DNA of 64,000 nt from Acidimicrobiia bacterium (GCA_025937235.1 JAICRU010000004.1:777-64776); one strand, 5' to 3'; positions 37,647-47,545 are shown, counted from the first letter of the stretch. The notes: generated by a model from the sequence alone, not told the origin. Translations and numbers: made by a program.

Positions 37647-38797
37647 TGCGGGCCTGGAACTCCCTCCGCTTCAGGCTCTCCGTGCAGTATTCGGCCATCG
37701 TCTTCGGACTGGGAGGCGCCCTGCTCGGCCTGGTATACCTGGTCCTTCGCGACTGGCTGCGGACCCAGACCATGACCCAGTACGTCTGGAGCGGCCGTCC
37801 TGTGGTAGTCGACGGGGTGGAGCTGGGGGTGATCCCCACCCTTGCCGCACGGGAAGTGCGGCTGATCGAGTCGGTCTACAACGAGATCGTCCTCAACCAG
37901 GTGGCCAAGGCCACGCTTCTGGCCCTGGCTGCGCTGTTCCTTCTCAGCATGGTGGTGGGCTGGGTGATGTCGGGTCGAGTGCTGAAGCCGGTGGAGGAGA
38001 TCACCAACGTGGCCCGTGAGATCCAGGCATCCGACCTCAGTCGTCGCATCGGGCTCGAGGGCCCTGATGACGAGATCACCCGCCTTGCGGCCACGTTCGA
38101 TGGGATGCTGGAACGTCTCGATCGCGCCTTTTCCAGCCAGCGACGTTTCCTGGCCGACACGAGCCATGACCTGCGCACCCCGCTGGCGGTGATCAGGTCC
38201 AACGTAGAGGTCGTCGCCGACGACGACGCGGCGAGCGTCTCGGACTGGCGGGAGGTCGGCGGGATCGTCCAGCGAAACGCAGAGAAGATGTCGGAGATGA
38301 TCGACGGGCTCCTCGCCACCGCAAGGCTCCAGACAGGGAAGGCGCAGGCCGTGGCATTGAATCTGGAGGATCTGGTCAGGTCGAAAGGCGCCGAATTCTC
38401 CAAGCCGCTGACCGAGAAGGGCATCTCGTTGGTGATCGACACCTCGCCGGCGCTGGTCGAAGGTGTGGTGGTGTCACTGGACCGCGCCCTCACCAACTTG
38501 CTCGACAACGCAATCGTCGTCTCCCAGCCCGGCTCGAAGATCAGGATCGGCTCGGGCACAGACGATGACTGGGTGTGGATGGCGGTCACCGATCAAGGCC
38601 CGGGTCTCCCGGAAGAGCCCGAGGGTGGGCGCATCGGCCTTGGGCTATCCATCGTCGAGCAGATCGCCGAGGCGCATGAAGGCTCGCTCGTGTCCGCGCC
38701 TGGGCCTGACGGGGAAGGGACGACGATGACCATCTGGCTTCCCGGCGCGGATGCCGACGGGCCCGCCCCTGTCTTTTCGCCCTTTACAAGTGGTTGA
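37646..38797 (+). CDS. sensor histidine kinase (HAMP-HisKA-HATPase_c)
   Basis: Two TM segments, FLADTSHDLRTPL H-box, LLDNAI N-box and GLGLSIV G2 box. The ATG shares 1 nt with the regulator TGA. Confidence 0.9.
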   Translation: MRAWNSLRFRLSVQYSAIVFGLGGALLGLVYLVLRDWLRTQTMTQYVWSGRPVVVDGVELGVIPTLAAREVRLIESVYNEIVLNQVAKATLLALAALFLLSMVVGWVMSGRVLKPVEEITNVAREIQASDLSRRIGLEGPDDEITRLAATFDGMLERLDRAFSSQRRFLADTSHDLRTPLAVIRSNVEVVADDDAASVSDWREVGGIVQRNAEKMSEMIDGLLATARLQTGKAQAVALNLEDLVRSKGAEFSKPLTEKGISLVIDTSPALVEGVVVSLDRALTNLLDNAIVVSQPGSKIRIGSGTDDDWVWMAVTDQGPGLPEEPEGGRIGLGLSIVEQIAEAHEGSLVSAPGPDGEGTTMTIWLPGADADGPAPVFSPFTSG

Positions 38798-38839
38798 TGT
38801 CATGGCTCCTACCGTGACGGCAGGAGGTTTCACGGATAC

Positions 38840-40114
38840 ATGAGCAATGAAGACACGACCCACGGGGCTACCGGCGCTTCGAGCCAAGAGACAGTTGCTC
38901 CAATTGGTGAGCCGGCGCAGAGCCCGGTAGCCACTCAAGGGCCCGGAACTCAGCCCGAGGCACCTGAGGCGGTCGAGCCGACCCGGCATCTTCCGCCCAG
39001 ACCGACGGCCCCACCCCCTGCTACCCCAATAGACCCATCGACGTCCCGGCGCGCTTCCGGCAGAGTCTCACCCTGGTTGGTGGGTGTGCTCGCCCTTCTG
39101 TTGGTGGTCGGGTCGTCGGCGGCCACATATCTGGTCATGACGCTGGACGGAGATGGCCCCGAGGTGGCGGCGCAGGTTGCCGAGCCGGCCGATGAGAGCC
39201 AGGCCGAGAGCGCGGCGCAGGAGCTGGTTCCTGGCGAGGAGCCGGTCGCCGATGCGGCCGCGGTGATCCTGCCCTCGGTGGTCCAGATCCAGACCGGTTC
39301 CGGTCCCAACTCGGGTGTCGGCTCAGGTGTCATCTATGACTCGAACGGGCTCATCCTCACCGCGGCTCATGTGGTGTCCGGTCAGGAGACCGTCACGGTT
39401 CGGTTCGCAGACGGCGAGCAGGTCGAAGGGACTGTCGTCGGAGGCACAGCAGGTGCCGATGTTGCCGTCGTCCAGGTCGACCGCACCGGTCTCCCCGCGG
39501 CAGAACTGGCGCTCGATGACGACCCTGAGGTCGGCCAGATGGCCATAGCGGTGGGGAGCCCGTGGGGCCTCCAGGGCACTGTGACCGCAGGGATCATCTC
39601 GGCTGTGGACCAGGCAATTCCGCAGGGCGGGTCGGCTCGGGCCGTTCTGCAGACCGATGCAGCCATCAACCCCGGTAACTCCGGGGGCCCGCTGGTCGAT
39701 CGTGAAGGCCGGGTCATCGGCATCAACGTCTCCATATTCAGCCTCTCCGGGGCAAATGACGGTGTGGGCTTCGCCGTCCCGATCGACATCGCCCATGACA
39801 TCGCCGAGCGAGTGGTGGCCGGCGAGGAGATCCAGTCTGCCTATCTCGGCGTGTCCCTCGGAGTCGTCGAGACCGGGCAGGCGGGCGCCCTCGTCGAGGA
39901 GGTCACGCCCGGCACCGGCGCTGCTGAGGCCGGTCTCCAGCCCGGGGACCTGGTCATCTCGATCGATGGCGCCCCCGTGCAGAGTGGTGGCGACCTCGCC
40001 GCCCAGATCCAGACCCACCAGCCGGGCGACACCGTCGACCTCGAAGTGGTTCGGGATGGGGAGCCAAGCACCGTATCGGTGACGCTGGGCGAGCGTCCGG
40101 TGAACCTCGACTGA
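38840..40114 (+). CDS. htrA: HtrA/DegP-family (S1C) serine protease with PDZ domain
   Basis: TAAHVV, AVVQVD and NPGNSGGPLVD catalytic triad context, a C-terminal PDZ domain (GLQPGDLVISIDG), and a TM anchor after a disordered N-terminus. Confidence 0.9.
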   Translation: MSNEDTTHGATGASSQETVAPIGEPAQSPVATQGPGTQPEAPEAVEPTRHLPPRPTAPPPATPIDPSTSRRASGRVSPWLVGVLALLLVVGSSAATYLVMTLDGDGPEVAAQVAEPADESQAESAAQELVPGEEPVADAAAVILPSVVQIQTGSGPNSGVGSGVIYDSNGLILTAAHVVSGQETVTVRFADGEQVEGTVVGGTAGADVAVVQVDRTGLPAAELALDDDPEVGQMAIAVGSPWGLQGTVTAGIISAVDQAIPQGGSARAVLQTDAAINPGNSGGPLVDREGRVIGINVSIFSLSGANDGVGFAVPIDIAHDIAERVVAGEEIQSAYLGVSLGVVETGQAGALVEEVTPGTGAAEAGLQPGDLVISIDGAPVQSGGDLAAQIQTHQPGDTVDLEVVRDGEPSTVSVTLGERPVNLD

Positions 40115-40173
40115 TCCTCAGACTCCTATGGGCAAGTACTCCCTCCATGAGGGGGAGACAGGCTCCTCCTGGT

Positions 40174-40198
40174 GGGCCCGGCTATCATGGCCGGGCCC
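40174..40198 (+). terminator. perfect 9-bp GC hairpin downstream of htrA (terminator candidate, or the 5' flank of the riboswitch)
   Basis: GGGCCCGGC-tatcatg-GCCGGGCCC is read directly. There is no U-tract. Confidence 0.35.
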
Positions 40199-40400
40199 AC
40201 TGTCATGCAGCGGGTGCCCCGGAGACAGCGAAAGCCGGTTGGAATCCGATGCTGTCCCGCAACTGTGAAGCCTTCCCCGGGAGGACGAGCCAGGTCGCCT
40301 GAGCTCCAGGGCCACGACGAAAGTCTCGGATGAAGACGGAAGCGTGGGCTCAGGGAAGCCACCGGCCTCTTCATCCTCCGATCGACGGAGGATGTTTCAT
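40195..40400 (+). promoter_or_regulatory. cobalamin (B12) riboswitch with an SD-sequestering expression platform
   Basis: Core GCCGGTTGGAATCCGATGCTGTCCCGCAACTGTGA and B12-box-like GAGCCAGGTCGCCTG match the RF00174 consensus as I remember it. A 9-bp hairpin CATCCTCCG/CGGAGGATG (40372..40394) buries the GGAGG of the downstream gene. Confidence 0.8.
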
Positions 40401-41378
40401 ATGAGAAGGATCACCCTGGTCCTCACCGTGCTCATCGCCTTCGCTTGTGGTGAAGGTGGCGCGGGCACGACCACAGAATTCGCCGCGCCCGCGACGACCA
40501 GCACGGCCGCTCCTGCCACGACCACCGCCCCCGGCACGACCGCGACTGTCGCCCCGGCGGAGGCTTTCCCGGTGGAGGTGACCACTGCAAACGGACCGGT
40601 GACGATCGAAGCGAGGCCGGGGAACGTCGTTTCCCTGTCCTCGACCGCGACCGAGATGTTGTTTGCCATCGGGGCCGGTGATCAGGTCGTCGCTGTGGAT
40701 GAGTTCTCGACCTACCCACCCGAGGCTCCGGTCACCGATCTCTCCGGCTTCACGCCCAATCTGGAGGCGATCGTAGGATACGAGCCCGACCTGGTGGTGA
40801 TCTCGTTCGATCCCGGAGATCTCGTCTCAGGTCTCGAGACCGTTGGGGTGCCTACGCTGCTCCTCCCATCGGCCTCCAGCCTCGACGACTCCTACACCCA
40901 GCTGGAGGTCCTGGGGGTGGCCACGGGGCACGCTGACGAGGCCGCGGAGGTCGTGTCACGGATGCAGGGGGACATAGACGAGATCGTGGCAGCCAGTACC
41001 GTCCCGGCCGGCCTCTCCTTCTACCACGAGGTGGATGCCACCTTGTATTCGGCTACCTCGGACAGCTTCCTCGGTCAGGTCTATGGCCTGCTCGGGCTCA
41101 CCAACATCGCCGACGAGGCCGACGACGGAAGCGGGTTCCCCCAGCTCTCCTCGGAGTACATCGTCAGCAAGGATCCGGACATCATCTATCTCGGCGACGT
41201 CGATTTCGGGGTTACCCCCGAGAGCCTGCGGGAACGACCCGGCTGGGCGGAGATGACCGCAGTCCAGAACGGGGCAATCGTCCCTCTCGACTCCTACCTC
41301 GCCTCCAACTGGGGACCCCAGGTGGTGGAGTTACTCCGGACCATCGCCGAGTCCGTCACCGCCGTGTCGTCTTCTTGA
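40401..41378 (+). CDS. btuF: cobalamin/Fe3+-siderophore ABC transporter substrate-binding lipoprotein (BtuF-like)
   Basis: Lipobox LIAFAC. Type III periplasmic-binding pattern (VVSLSSTATEMLFAIGAGDQVVAVD, PDLVV). Lies downstream of the B12 riboswitch. Confidence 0.8.
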   Translation: MRRITLVLTVLIAFACGEGGAGTTTEFAAPATTSTAAPATTTAPGTTATVAPAEAFPVEVTTANGPVTIEARPGNVVSLSSTATEMLFAIGAGDQVVAVDEFSTYPPEAPVTDLSGFTPNLEAIVGYEPDLVVISFDPGDLVSGLETVGVPTLLLPSASSLDDSYTQLEVLGVATGHADEAAEVVSRMQGDIDEIVAASTVPAGLSFYHEVDATLYSATSDSFLGQVYGLLGLTNIADEADDGSGFPQLSSEYIVSKDPDIIYLGDVDFGVTPESLRERPGWAEMTAVQNGAIVPLDSYLASNWGPQVVELLRTIAESVTAVSSS

Positions 41379-42418
41379 GTGCGAAGGTGGGCGCCCGCCC
41401 GATCGCTCCTGCCCGGATCGGGGCGGGGGTCTGGCTGATCTCGGCGGGGCTCCTCCTGGTAGCGGTCCTCGCCGGATTGCTCGCCGGCTCGGTGTCCCTC
41501 GACGCTGTCGATGTGTTCGGGGCGCTGGCCGATCGGCTGCCACTGATCGCCGTCGAACACGGTCTCGACGAGGTGCAGACGCGTCTTCTCTTCGAGCTCA
41601 GGATGCCCCGCGTGGTGATGGGTGGGCTGGTGGGGGCCGTACTCGCCGTTGCCGGTGCCGGCTATCAGGGGGTATTCCGGAACCCGCTGGCCGATCCGTA
41701 TCTCCTCGGCGTGGCTGCCGGCGCGGGTCTCGGGGCAACCGCGGTCATCGGCGCCGGGGCGGGACCGGCCGCGATACCGATCGTGGCCTTCGTTGGAGGC
41801 ATGGCGGCTGTGGGAGCCACCTATGTGCTGAGCCGGACGGTCGGTGGCCGGACCACGACGTCGCTGATCCTGGCCGGCGTCGCCGTGGCCGCCTTCGCCA
41901 CCGCCATCCAGACCTTCCTCCTCCAGCGCAGCTATGAGACGTTGCGCGAGGTGTACTCCTGGATCCTGGGCCGCCTGGTGACGGTTGGCTGGGCCGAGGT
42001 GTGGTCTTTGCTCCCCTACGCGTTGTTGGCCAGCTCGGTGCTCGTGGCCCTGCGCCGGCTGCTCGACGTCCTGGGCCTCGGCGACGAGGAGGCGGTGGGC
42101 TTGGGAGTGAACGTGAGCTCGGTCCGTCGGCTCGTTGTCGTAGCCGCCACTCTGGCCACCGCTGCCGCGGTCAGTGTCAGCGGGCTGATCGGCTTCGTTG
42201 GGATCATCGTCCCCCACATCATCCGCATGGTGACCGGGTGGAGTTACCGTGTCATCGTCCCCCTGTCGCTGGTGGTGGGCGCCACGTTCCTCATCATCGC
42301 CGACCTGGGTGCCCGCACCCTGGTGGCGCCGGCAGAGCTGCCGATCGGAGTGGTGACCGCCTTCATCGGTGCTCCATTCTTCTTGCTGGTGCTTCGCTCG
42401 ACCAGAGGCTCATCGTGA
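41375..42418 (+). CDS. btuC: FecCD-family ABC permease (BtuC-like)
   Basis: LELRMPRVVMGGLVGA, NPLADPYLLGV and VSGLIGFVGIIVPHIIR are FecCD signatures. TTG overlaps the upstream TGA. Confidence 0.88.
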   Translation: MSAKVGARPIAPARIGAGVWLISAGLLLVAVLAGLLAGSVSLDAVDVFGALADRLPLIAVEHGLDEVQTRLLFELRMPRVVMGGLVGAVLAVAGAGYQGVFRNPLADPYLLGVAAGAGLGATAVIGAGAGPAAIPIVAFVGGMAAVGATYVLSRTVGGRTTTSLILAGVAVAAFATAIQTFLLQRSYETLREVYSWILGRLVTVGWAEVWSLLPYALLASSVLVALRRLLDVLGLGDEEAVGLGVNVSSVRRLVVVAATLATAAAVSVSGLIGFVGIIVPHIIRMVTGWSYRVIVPLSLVVGATFLIIADLGARTLVAPAELPIGVVTAFIGAPFFLLVLRSTRGSS

Positions 42419-43170
42419 TCACGTGGCGTGGGGTCGTGGTGGCGTTCGGCGATGTGACCGTCGTGGGGCCCGTGACCCTGACCGTGGCCGATGGCGAGTG
42501 GGTCGGCTTGATCGGTCCTAATGGCGCCGGGAAATCGACCCTGCTCAAGACGGCGGTCGGGATCGTGCCTTTCGAGGGGGTGGTGGATCTCGGTGACCGG
42601 ACCGGGGAAGCCGGCAAGGACATCGCCTGGATGCCGCAACGTCCCCTCCTCCCCGACGAGATGAACGTGGCCAATTACGTCCTCTTGGGCAGGACACCCC
42701 ATCTCGGCTATCTCGGCTCGGAGAGTGGCCATGACCTGGATTCGGTCCGGAGCGCCATCGAGCGCCTCGAGTTGGTCGACCTCTCCGACCGGCCACTGTC
42801 AACGCTTTCGGGAGGTGAGGCTCAGCGGGCTGTGCTGGCACGGGCCCTGGCCCAAGAGGCACCGGTCCTCCTCCTCGACGAGCCGACCTCGGCTTTGGAC
42901 GTCGGCCACCAGCAACAGGTCATGGAGTTGATCGACCAGCTGAGACGGGAGGACGGGCTCACGGTGTTGAGCGCCATCCACGATCTCACCTTGGCCGGCC
43001 AATACACGGACCGACTGGTGATGATGAACCGCGGCGTTGTCGTGGCCGACGGTTCGGCCCGCGAGGTCTTGACCGAAGAGCGCATCATGGACCACTACGA
43101 GGCGAGGGTGCGGGTCACTGAGAGCAGAGAGGATGGCCTCACCGTGACACCAATGAGGCGGCCACAATGA
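42415..43170 (+). CDS. btuD: ABC transporter ATP-binding protein (BtuD/FepC-like)
   Basis: Walker A GPNGAGKSTLLK, signature LSGGEAQR and Walker B LLLDEPTS. GTG overlaps the permease TGA (GTGA). Confidence 0.9.
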   Translation: MITWRGVVVAFGDVTVVGPVTLTVADGEWVGLIGPNGAGKSTLLKTAVGIVPFEGVVDLGDRTGEAGKDIAWMPQRPLLPDEMNVANYVLLGRTPHLGYLGSESGHDLDSVRSAIERLELVDLSDRPLSTLSGGEAQRAVLARALAQEAPVLLLDEPTSALDVGHQQQVMELIDQLRREDGLTVLSAIHDLTLAGQYTDRLVMMNRGVVVADGSAREVLTEERIMDHYEARVRVTESREDGLTVTPMRRPQ

Positions 43171-43213
43171 GAAAACCACTCGAAACACTCCTGGAGGCAC
43201 CCGCGACCCGGCC

Positions 43214-43783
43214 ATGACCGATCCCACCACACCCCCCACCGAGCCTCCACCTCTCGCCAAGAGACGGCTGCCTTCCCAGGTGCTGGTCAACACGGGTGAC
43301 GGGAAGGGGAAGTCGACCGCCGCCTTCGGCACCGCGCTCCGGGCCGTGGCCCGGGGATGGAAGGTCGGTGTGGTCCAGTTCCTCAAGTCGGGTGAATGGA
43401 AGGTAGGGGAAGAGCGCGTCGGGAGAGACCTCGGGATGGACTGGTGGGCCCTCGGAGATGGCTTCACATGGGACTCGGACGACATCGACGAATCCGAGGC
43501 GATCGCCCGCGAGGCGTGGTCCGGCGCCCGCTCCAGGATCGAGTCCGACCGATATGACTTGCTGATCCTCGACGAGATCACCTATCCGATCAATTGGGGG
43601 TGGATCGAGCTCGAGGAGGTGCTGGCGGCCATCGACGAGCGCCCGCCTCGACTCAACCTCATCCTCACCGGCCGCGATGCCCCGGCCGCGCTCATCGACG
43701 CAGCCGACACGGTGACCGAGATGAAGAAGATCAAGCACGTCTTCGACGCCGGAGTCAGCGCCAAGCGGGGTATCGATTATTGA
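43214..43783 (+). CDS. cobO: cob(I)yrinic acid a,c-diamide / cob(I)alamin adenosyltransferase (CobO/BtuR type)
   Basis: GDGKGKSTAAFGTALRAVARGWKVGVVQFLK, LLILDEITYP and LILTGRDAP...ADTVTEMKKIKH. Confidence 0.88.
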   Translation: MTDPTTPPTEPPPLAKRRLPSQVLVNTGDGKGKSTAAFGTALRAVARGWKVGVVQFLKSGEWKVGEERVGRDLGMDWWALGDGFTWDSDDIDESEAIAREAWSGARSRIESDRYDLLILDEITYPINWGWIELEEVLAAIDERPPRLNLILTGRDAPAALIDAADTVTEMKKIKHVFDAGVSAKRGIDY

Positions 43784-46782
43784 GTCGTCGAGAAGTCGGC
43801 GCCCAGCATCTCGATGGCCTCTTCGATGGAGAGACCTTCACCCTGGACCGTGGCACGGGCGAAGTCGAGGCTCCCCAACGCCGCCTGGGTCGATGCGACC
43901 TGAGCCGCGTAGTCGTGCTCCTCGGGCGGTGGCCAGACCGCGACGCGGTTCTCGCTGGCGACCCAGTCGGCCAGCCCGAATAGGCGAGCGGCCATCGTGT
44001 CCTCTCCGTCGACGTGGGCGCAAACGGCCAGCCCGGCGACTGCGATCGCCACGCCACGCATGTCTTGCGCCATGTTGCAGAGGATGAGGCTCTCGAGGAG
44101 CGCGGCCCGGGCCCGGCGCGTTTGTTGGTGCCGGAAGGCTGTCTTTCCCATGTGATAGAGGTACTCGCCCAGGGCCGCCGACGCTCCGGCCTTCTCATCC
44201 GGTGACGCCGCCCGGTCCCGGTTCTCTTCCACCACGCGCTGCAACTCCCCGGTGGTCGGGTTCGACTGGATCATCGTCTTCATCTCGAAGAGGTTGTTCG
44301 AGGCCTCCTCATACAGGCTGAACCCTTCCAGAACAGACTTGAACAGCTCGAGGGCATAGTCACGATCGCCGGCGAGCCAGGCCATCGCCCCGAGCCCGGC
44401 ATCGGCGTGGGCCAGGCCCAGGGAGTCGCCGGCGATCACCAGGAGGTCACGACCCTCCCGGTAGCGGTTGGAGGCCTCGTTGTAGTCACCCTCATCCCGG
44501 GCCAGGGCTCCGAGCCGCAACGCCGACCACCCGACGTCGAGGACGCCGGAGTGGTCGAGGAACAGTCGATGGCTCTCGGTCATCTTCTCACGGGCGAGCA
44601 CCAGGTCACCCTGGAGACGGGCCATCGTGCCCCACACCCCCAGGGTCCAGGCCAGCATCCAGTCGTCCCCGACCTCCCGGGTCAGGCTCTCGGCGACGGG
44701 GGCCAGCCGTGTTGCCTCTTCGATGTCGTCACGCAGCCAGGCGGTGGCCATGAGCTGGTAGGTCTGTCTCGCCTCGCCCGCCCGGTCACCGAGGTCGCGG
44801 TAGATCTCCAGCGCCTCGATGAGATGGGAATGCGCTTCGTCGAAGGCGAGACGGCGGCTGGCAAGGAGGCCGGCGCCGTTGAGTGCCCGGGCGAGGATCT
44901 TGGGATCGACCCCATCACGGTGGGCCAGCGTCCGTTCTAGCCATTCGGTGCCATCGCTCACCTCACGCTTGATCACCCAGAACCAGCGCAGTGCCCCGGC
45001 CATCGCCATCGCGTCTTCGGCACGGCCAGAGTCATGCAACCACTCCAGGGCGGCCCTCAGGTTGTAACGGTCGCGCTCTAGACGGTCTGCCCACACGTTC
45101 TGCTCCAGGTCGTGGATACGTGCGTCCCCATCCTCAGCCATCGCCAGGTAGAACTCGGCGTGCCTGTCACGCAGCGCGGCCAGCTCGGTCCCTTCGTCGA
45201 GGCGCATCCGGGCATAGTGGCTGATCGGCTCGAGAAGCCGGTAGCGGACGGGATCGGCGTCGGTGGCCATGACCAGTGAGGTCTCCACCAGACGCCCCAG
45301 CAGGTTCATCACGTGCTCCTTGTCCACCAGGCCGCCCGAGCAGACACTCTCGGCCGCCTCCAGCGTGAACCCGCCGTTGAACACCGAGAGACGGGTGAAC
45401 AATGCTTTCTCCGCACCTGCAAGGAAATCGAAGCTCCAGTCGAGGGTCGTCTCGAGCGTCTGCTGATGTGGTGGCAGGTCGCGGGCTGTCCCGGCCAGCA
45501 GGGCGAACTGCTGGTCGAGTCGTTCCACGAGCTGACCCACCGACAAGACCTTGAGACGGGCGGCGGCCAGCTCGATTGCCAGCGGGATCCCGTCGAGGCG
45601 CCGGCAGACCTCGGCGACCTTCTCGGCGTTGGCCGGACTGAGGGTGAAGTTGGGGCTCACCAGGCGAGCCCTGCTCATGAACAACCCGACGGAGGGATAC
45701 TGGGCGACGCCCTCCACCGACCTGACGCCGGGCCCCGGCACTTCGAGCGGGGAGAGCTGAACGAGATGTTCCTCTCGTATCGACAGCCACTCCCGGGTAG
45801 TCGCCAGGATCTTGAGCTCCTCGGTCCCCTGCAGCAGCTGGTCCGTGAGCTTGGCCACGGCGTCGATGAGGTGCTCACAGCCGTCGAGGATGAGGAGTGA
45901 ACGAGCCTTGGCCAGCCGGGAGATCAGGGTCTCGGCTATCGATCGCAGTGGGCTCTCGGTGATGTGAAGCTGCCGGGCGACGGCGGAAGCGAGGAGGTTG
46001 TCGTCGGGGACTCTCGACACCTCGACGAACCACACGCCGTCCTCGAAGCCTGCGGCGAGCTCCTCGGCGACCTTGAGGGCGAGAGTCGTCTTGCCCACGC
46101 CTCCGGGCCCGGTGAGGGTCACCAGGCGTGACCTGGCCACGGCTTCGATGACCGCCTCTTTCTCGTCCTGCCGGCCGACCAGTGTCAGGTCGCGGATCGG
46201 GAGGTTGCCCTTGCTCGAGGTGAGGGTGCGCAGAGGTGGGAAGTCCGCCGGCTGCTCCGGCACATTGAGTTGGAAGATGTGCTCCTCGTGGGTGAGATCG
46301 CGGAGACGATGGGTCCCCAGATCCTCGAGTTGCGTCCCCTCGGGGAGGCCGTATTCGACCAGGCGCGCCGTCGCCTCCGAGACGAGGGTCTGCCCGCCAT
46401 GCCCCGCGTCCCCGATGCGGGCGGCCCGGTGAACGTCGATCCCGACGTAGTCTGAGCCGCCGAGTCGTCCTTCCCCGCTGTGCACACCGATCCTGACCCT
46501 GACACCCTGGGGTGTGGGCCAGGCCTCTTCGGCCAGCCGGCGTTGGATCTCGATTGCGCTGGCGACGGCGTCGAGCGCCGACTGGTAGGCGATGAAGAAC
46601 CCGTCGCCCTCGTTCTTGACGATGTGGCCGCGATGGGCCGCAGCCGCCTCGTGGAGGATGGCGTTATGGCGTTCCAGGACAGGCCGAAAGGCATCGCCGA
46701 GCTCTTGGAGCATCCTCGTCGAGCCCTCGATGTCGGAGAAGAGAAAGCTGACCGTCCCAACCGGGAGGGCCCGTTGTGTCAT
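43777..46782 (-). CDS. class III nucleotidyl cyclase domain fused to STAND/AAA ATPase and TPR repeats (no DNA-binding output domain)
   Basis: N-terminal VSFLFSDIEGSTRM, GDGFFIAY and GIDVHRAARI (cyclase homology domain), P-loop LTGPGGVGKTTLA, then a long TPR-like region. Start at ATG 46782 (TTG 46794 is an alternative). Confidence 0.85.
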   Translation of the reverse strand: MTQRALPVGTVSFLFSDIEGSTRMLQELGDAFRPVLERHNAILHEAAAAHRGHIVKNEGDGFFIAYQSALDAVASAIEIQRRLAEEAWPTPQGVRVRIGVHSGEGRLGGSDYVGIDVHRAARIGDAGHGGQTLVSEATARLVEYGLPEGTQLEDLGTHRLRDLTHEEHIFQLNVPEQPADFPPLRTLTSSKGNLPIRDLTLVGRQDEKEAVIEAVARSRLVTLTGPGGVGKTTLALKVAEELAAGFEDGVWFVEVSRVPDDNLLASAVARQLHITESPLRSIAETLISRLAKARSLLILDGCEHLIDAVAKLTDQLLQGTEELKILATTREWLSIREEHLVQLSPLEVPGPGVRSVEGVAQYPSVGLFMSRARLVSPNFTLSPANAEKVAEVCRRLDGIPLAIELAAARLKVLSVGQLVERLDQQFALLAGTARDLPPHQQTLETTLDWSFDFLAGAEKALFTRLSVFNGGFTLEAAESVCSGGLVDKEHVMNLLGRLVETSLVMATDADPVRYRLLEPISHYARMRLDEGTELAALRDRHAEFYLAMAEDGDARIHDLEQNVWADRLERDRYNLRAALEWLHDSGRAEDAMAMAGALRWFWVIKREVSDGTEWLERTLAHRDGVDPKILARALNGAGLLASRRLAFDEAHSHLIEALEIYRDLGDRAGEARQTYQLMATAWLRDDIEEATRLAPVAESLTREVGDDWMLAWTLGVWGTMARLQGDLVLAREKMTESHRLFLDHSGVLDVGWSALRLGALARDEGDYNEASNRYREGRDLLVIAGDSLGLAHADAGLGAMAWLAGDRDYALELFKSVLEGFSLYEEASNNLFEMKTMIQSNPTTGELQRVVEENRDRAASPDEKAGASAALGEYLYHMGKTAFRHQQTRRARAALLESLILCNMAQDMRGVAIAVAGLAVCAHVDGEDTMAARLFGLADWVASENRVAVWPPPEEHDYAAQVASTQAALGSLDFARATVQGEGLSIEEAIEMLGADFSTTQ

Positions 46783-46850
46783 CGCAACCCCCAAATTAAC
46801 AACGGTCGAAGTGTTGCCTGCCTCGATTTGGGCTCGGTCCGCTCCGATGA

Positions 46851-47333
46851 TCAGGAGGCCTTCTCGATCCTCCGGAGAATTGAAGAGCGGAGCTCTTGGC
46901 GAGACATATCGAGCCCCTCGAGAGCGGCGAGCGCACGATCCGGCGGCTCTGCCGTCGTCAGCGCCAGGGCGATGTGCTCCGCCCCGATGTGACGGTGGCC
47001 GAGCGCAATCGCCTCCTTGAGGGCCCCTTTGAGGGCTTCCTTGGCCGCTCCGGTGAACGGGAGATGCTTCCTGAGCTGGGCGGGCCGGGATCTGTGATCG
47101 GTACCGAGGAGGATGGGGTCGAGGCCCACCGAGCGCAGGGCCTCCTCATCGAGTCGGTTGAGCTGGTCACGTAGTGCCTCCCTGGTGGGGAGTGTCCCGC
47201 CCAACGACCTGGCCCCGGCCGCTGCGACGAGGAGATGCTCGGTACCGACGCGTGAATCTCCTCTCAGCTCGGCTTCCTCGACCGCGGAGGTGACTATCGC
47301 ACGCGCCTCCCTGGTGAAGCGTTCGAACATCAT
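46851..47333 (-). CDS. Clp N-terminal (Clp_N repeat) domain-only protein
   Basis: MFERFTREARAIVTSAVEEAELRGDSRVGTEHLLVA and a second repeat, FTGAAKEALKGALKEAIALGHRHIGAEHIALAL. GGAGG precedes the ATG, which overlaps the upstream TAA. Confidence 0.8.
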   Translation of the reverse strand: MMFERFTREARAIVTSAVEEAELRGDSRVGTEHLLVAAAGARSLGGTLPTREALRDQLNRLDEEALRSVGLDPILLGTDHRSRPAQLRKHLPFTGAAKEALKGALKEAIALGHRHIGAEHIALALTTAEPPDRALAALEGLDMSRQELRSSILRRIEKAS

Positions 47334-47533
47334 TACCTCCGATATTTCTTGTGTACGGCCTGACGAGACACCCCCAGCGCATCCCCTATCTGCTGCCAGG
47401 TCCAACCCTCCACCCTCGCCGCTCGGACGTGGGTCTCTTCCAGCCTGTCGGCCAACCGTCTCAGCAGCACCACCGCCTGCAGCCCCCGGGCGGGGTTGTC
47501 GGCGTCGGCTCCGGCAAGGAGACCCCAAGTCAT
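47333..47533 (-). CDS. small helix-turn-helix protein (sigma-70 region 4 / MerR-less HTH-like, 66 aa)
   Basis: VRAARVEGWTWQQIGDALGVSRQAVHKKYRR is a typical HTH ending. Translationally coupled to the Clp_N gene. Confidence 0.65.
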   Translation of the reverse strand: MTWGLLAGADADNPARGLQAVVLLRRLADRLEETHVRAARVEGWTWQQIGDALGVSRQAVHKKYRR

Positions 47534-47545
47534 TCTGTCACCTTA

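Noticed and set aside
43777-46782. Pycsar/CBASS-like anti-phage cyclase system
   Set aside because: A class III cyclase domain is present, but there is no adjacent effector (TM, TIR, nuclease or patatin) gene. The cyclase-ATPase-TPR architecture is a common actinobacterial regulator scaffold. The locus is kept only as a signalling-module hypothesis.
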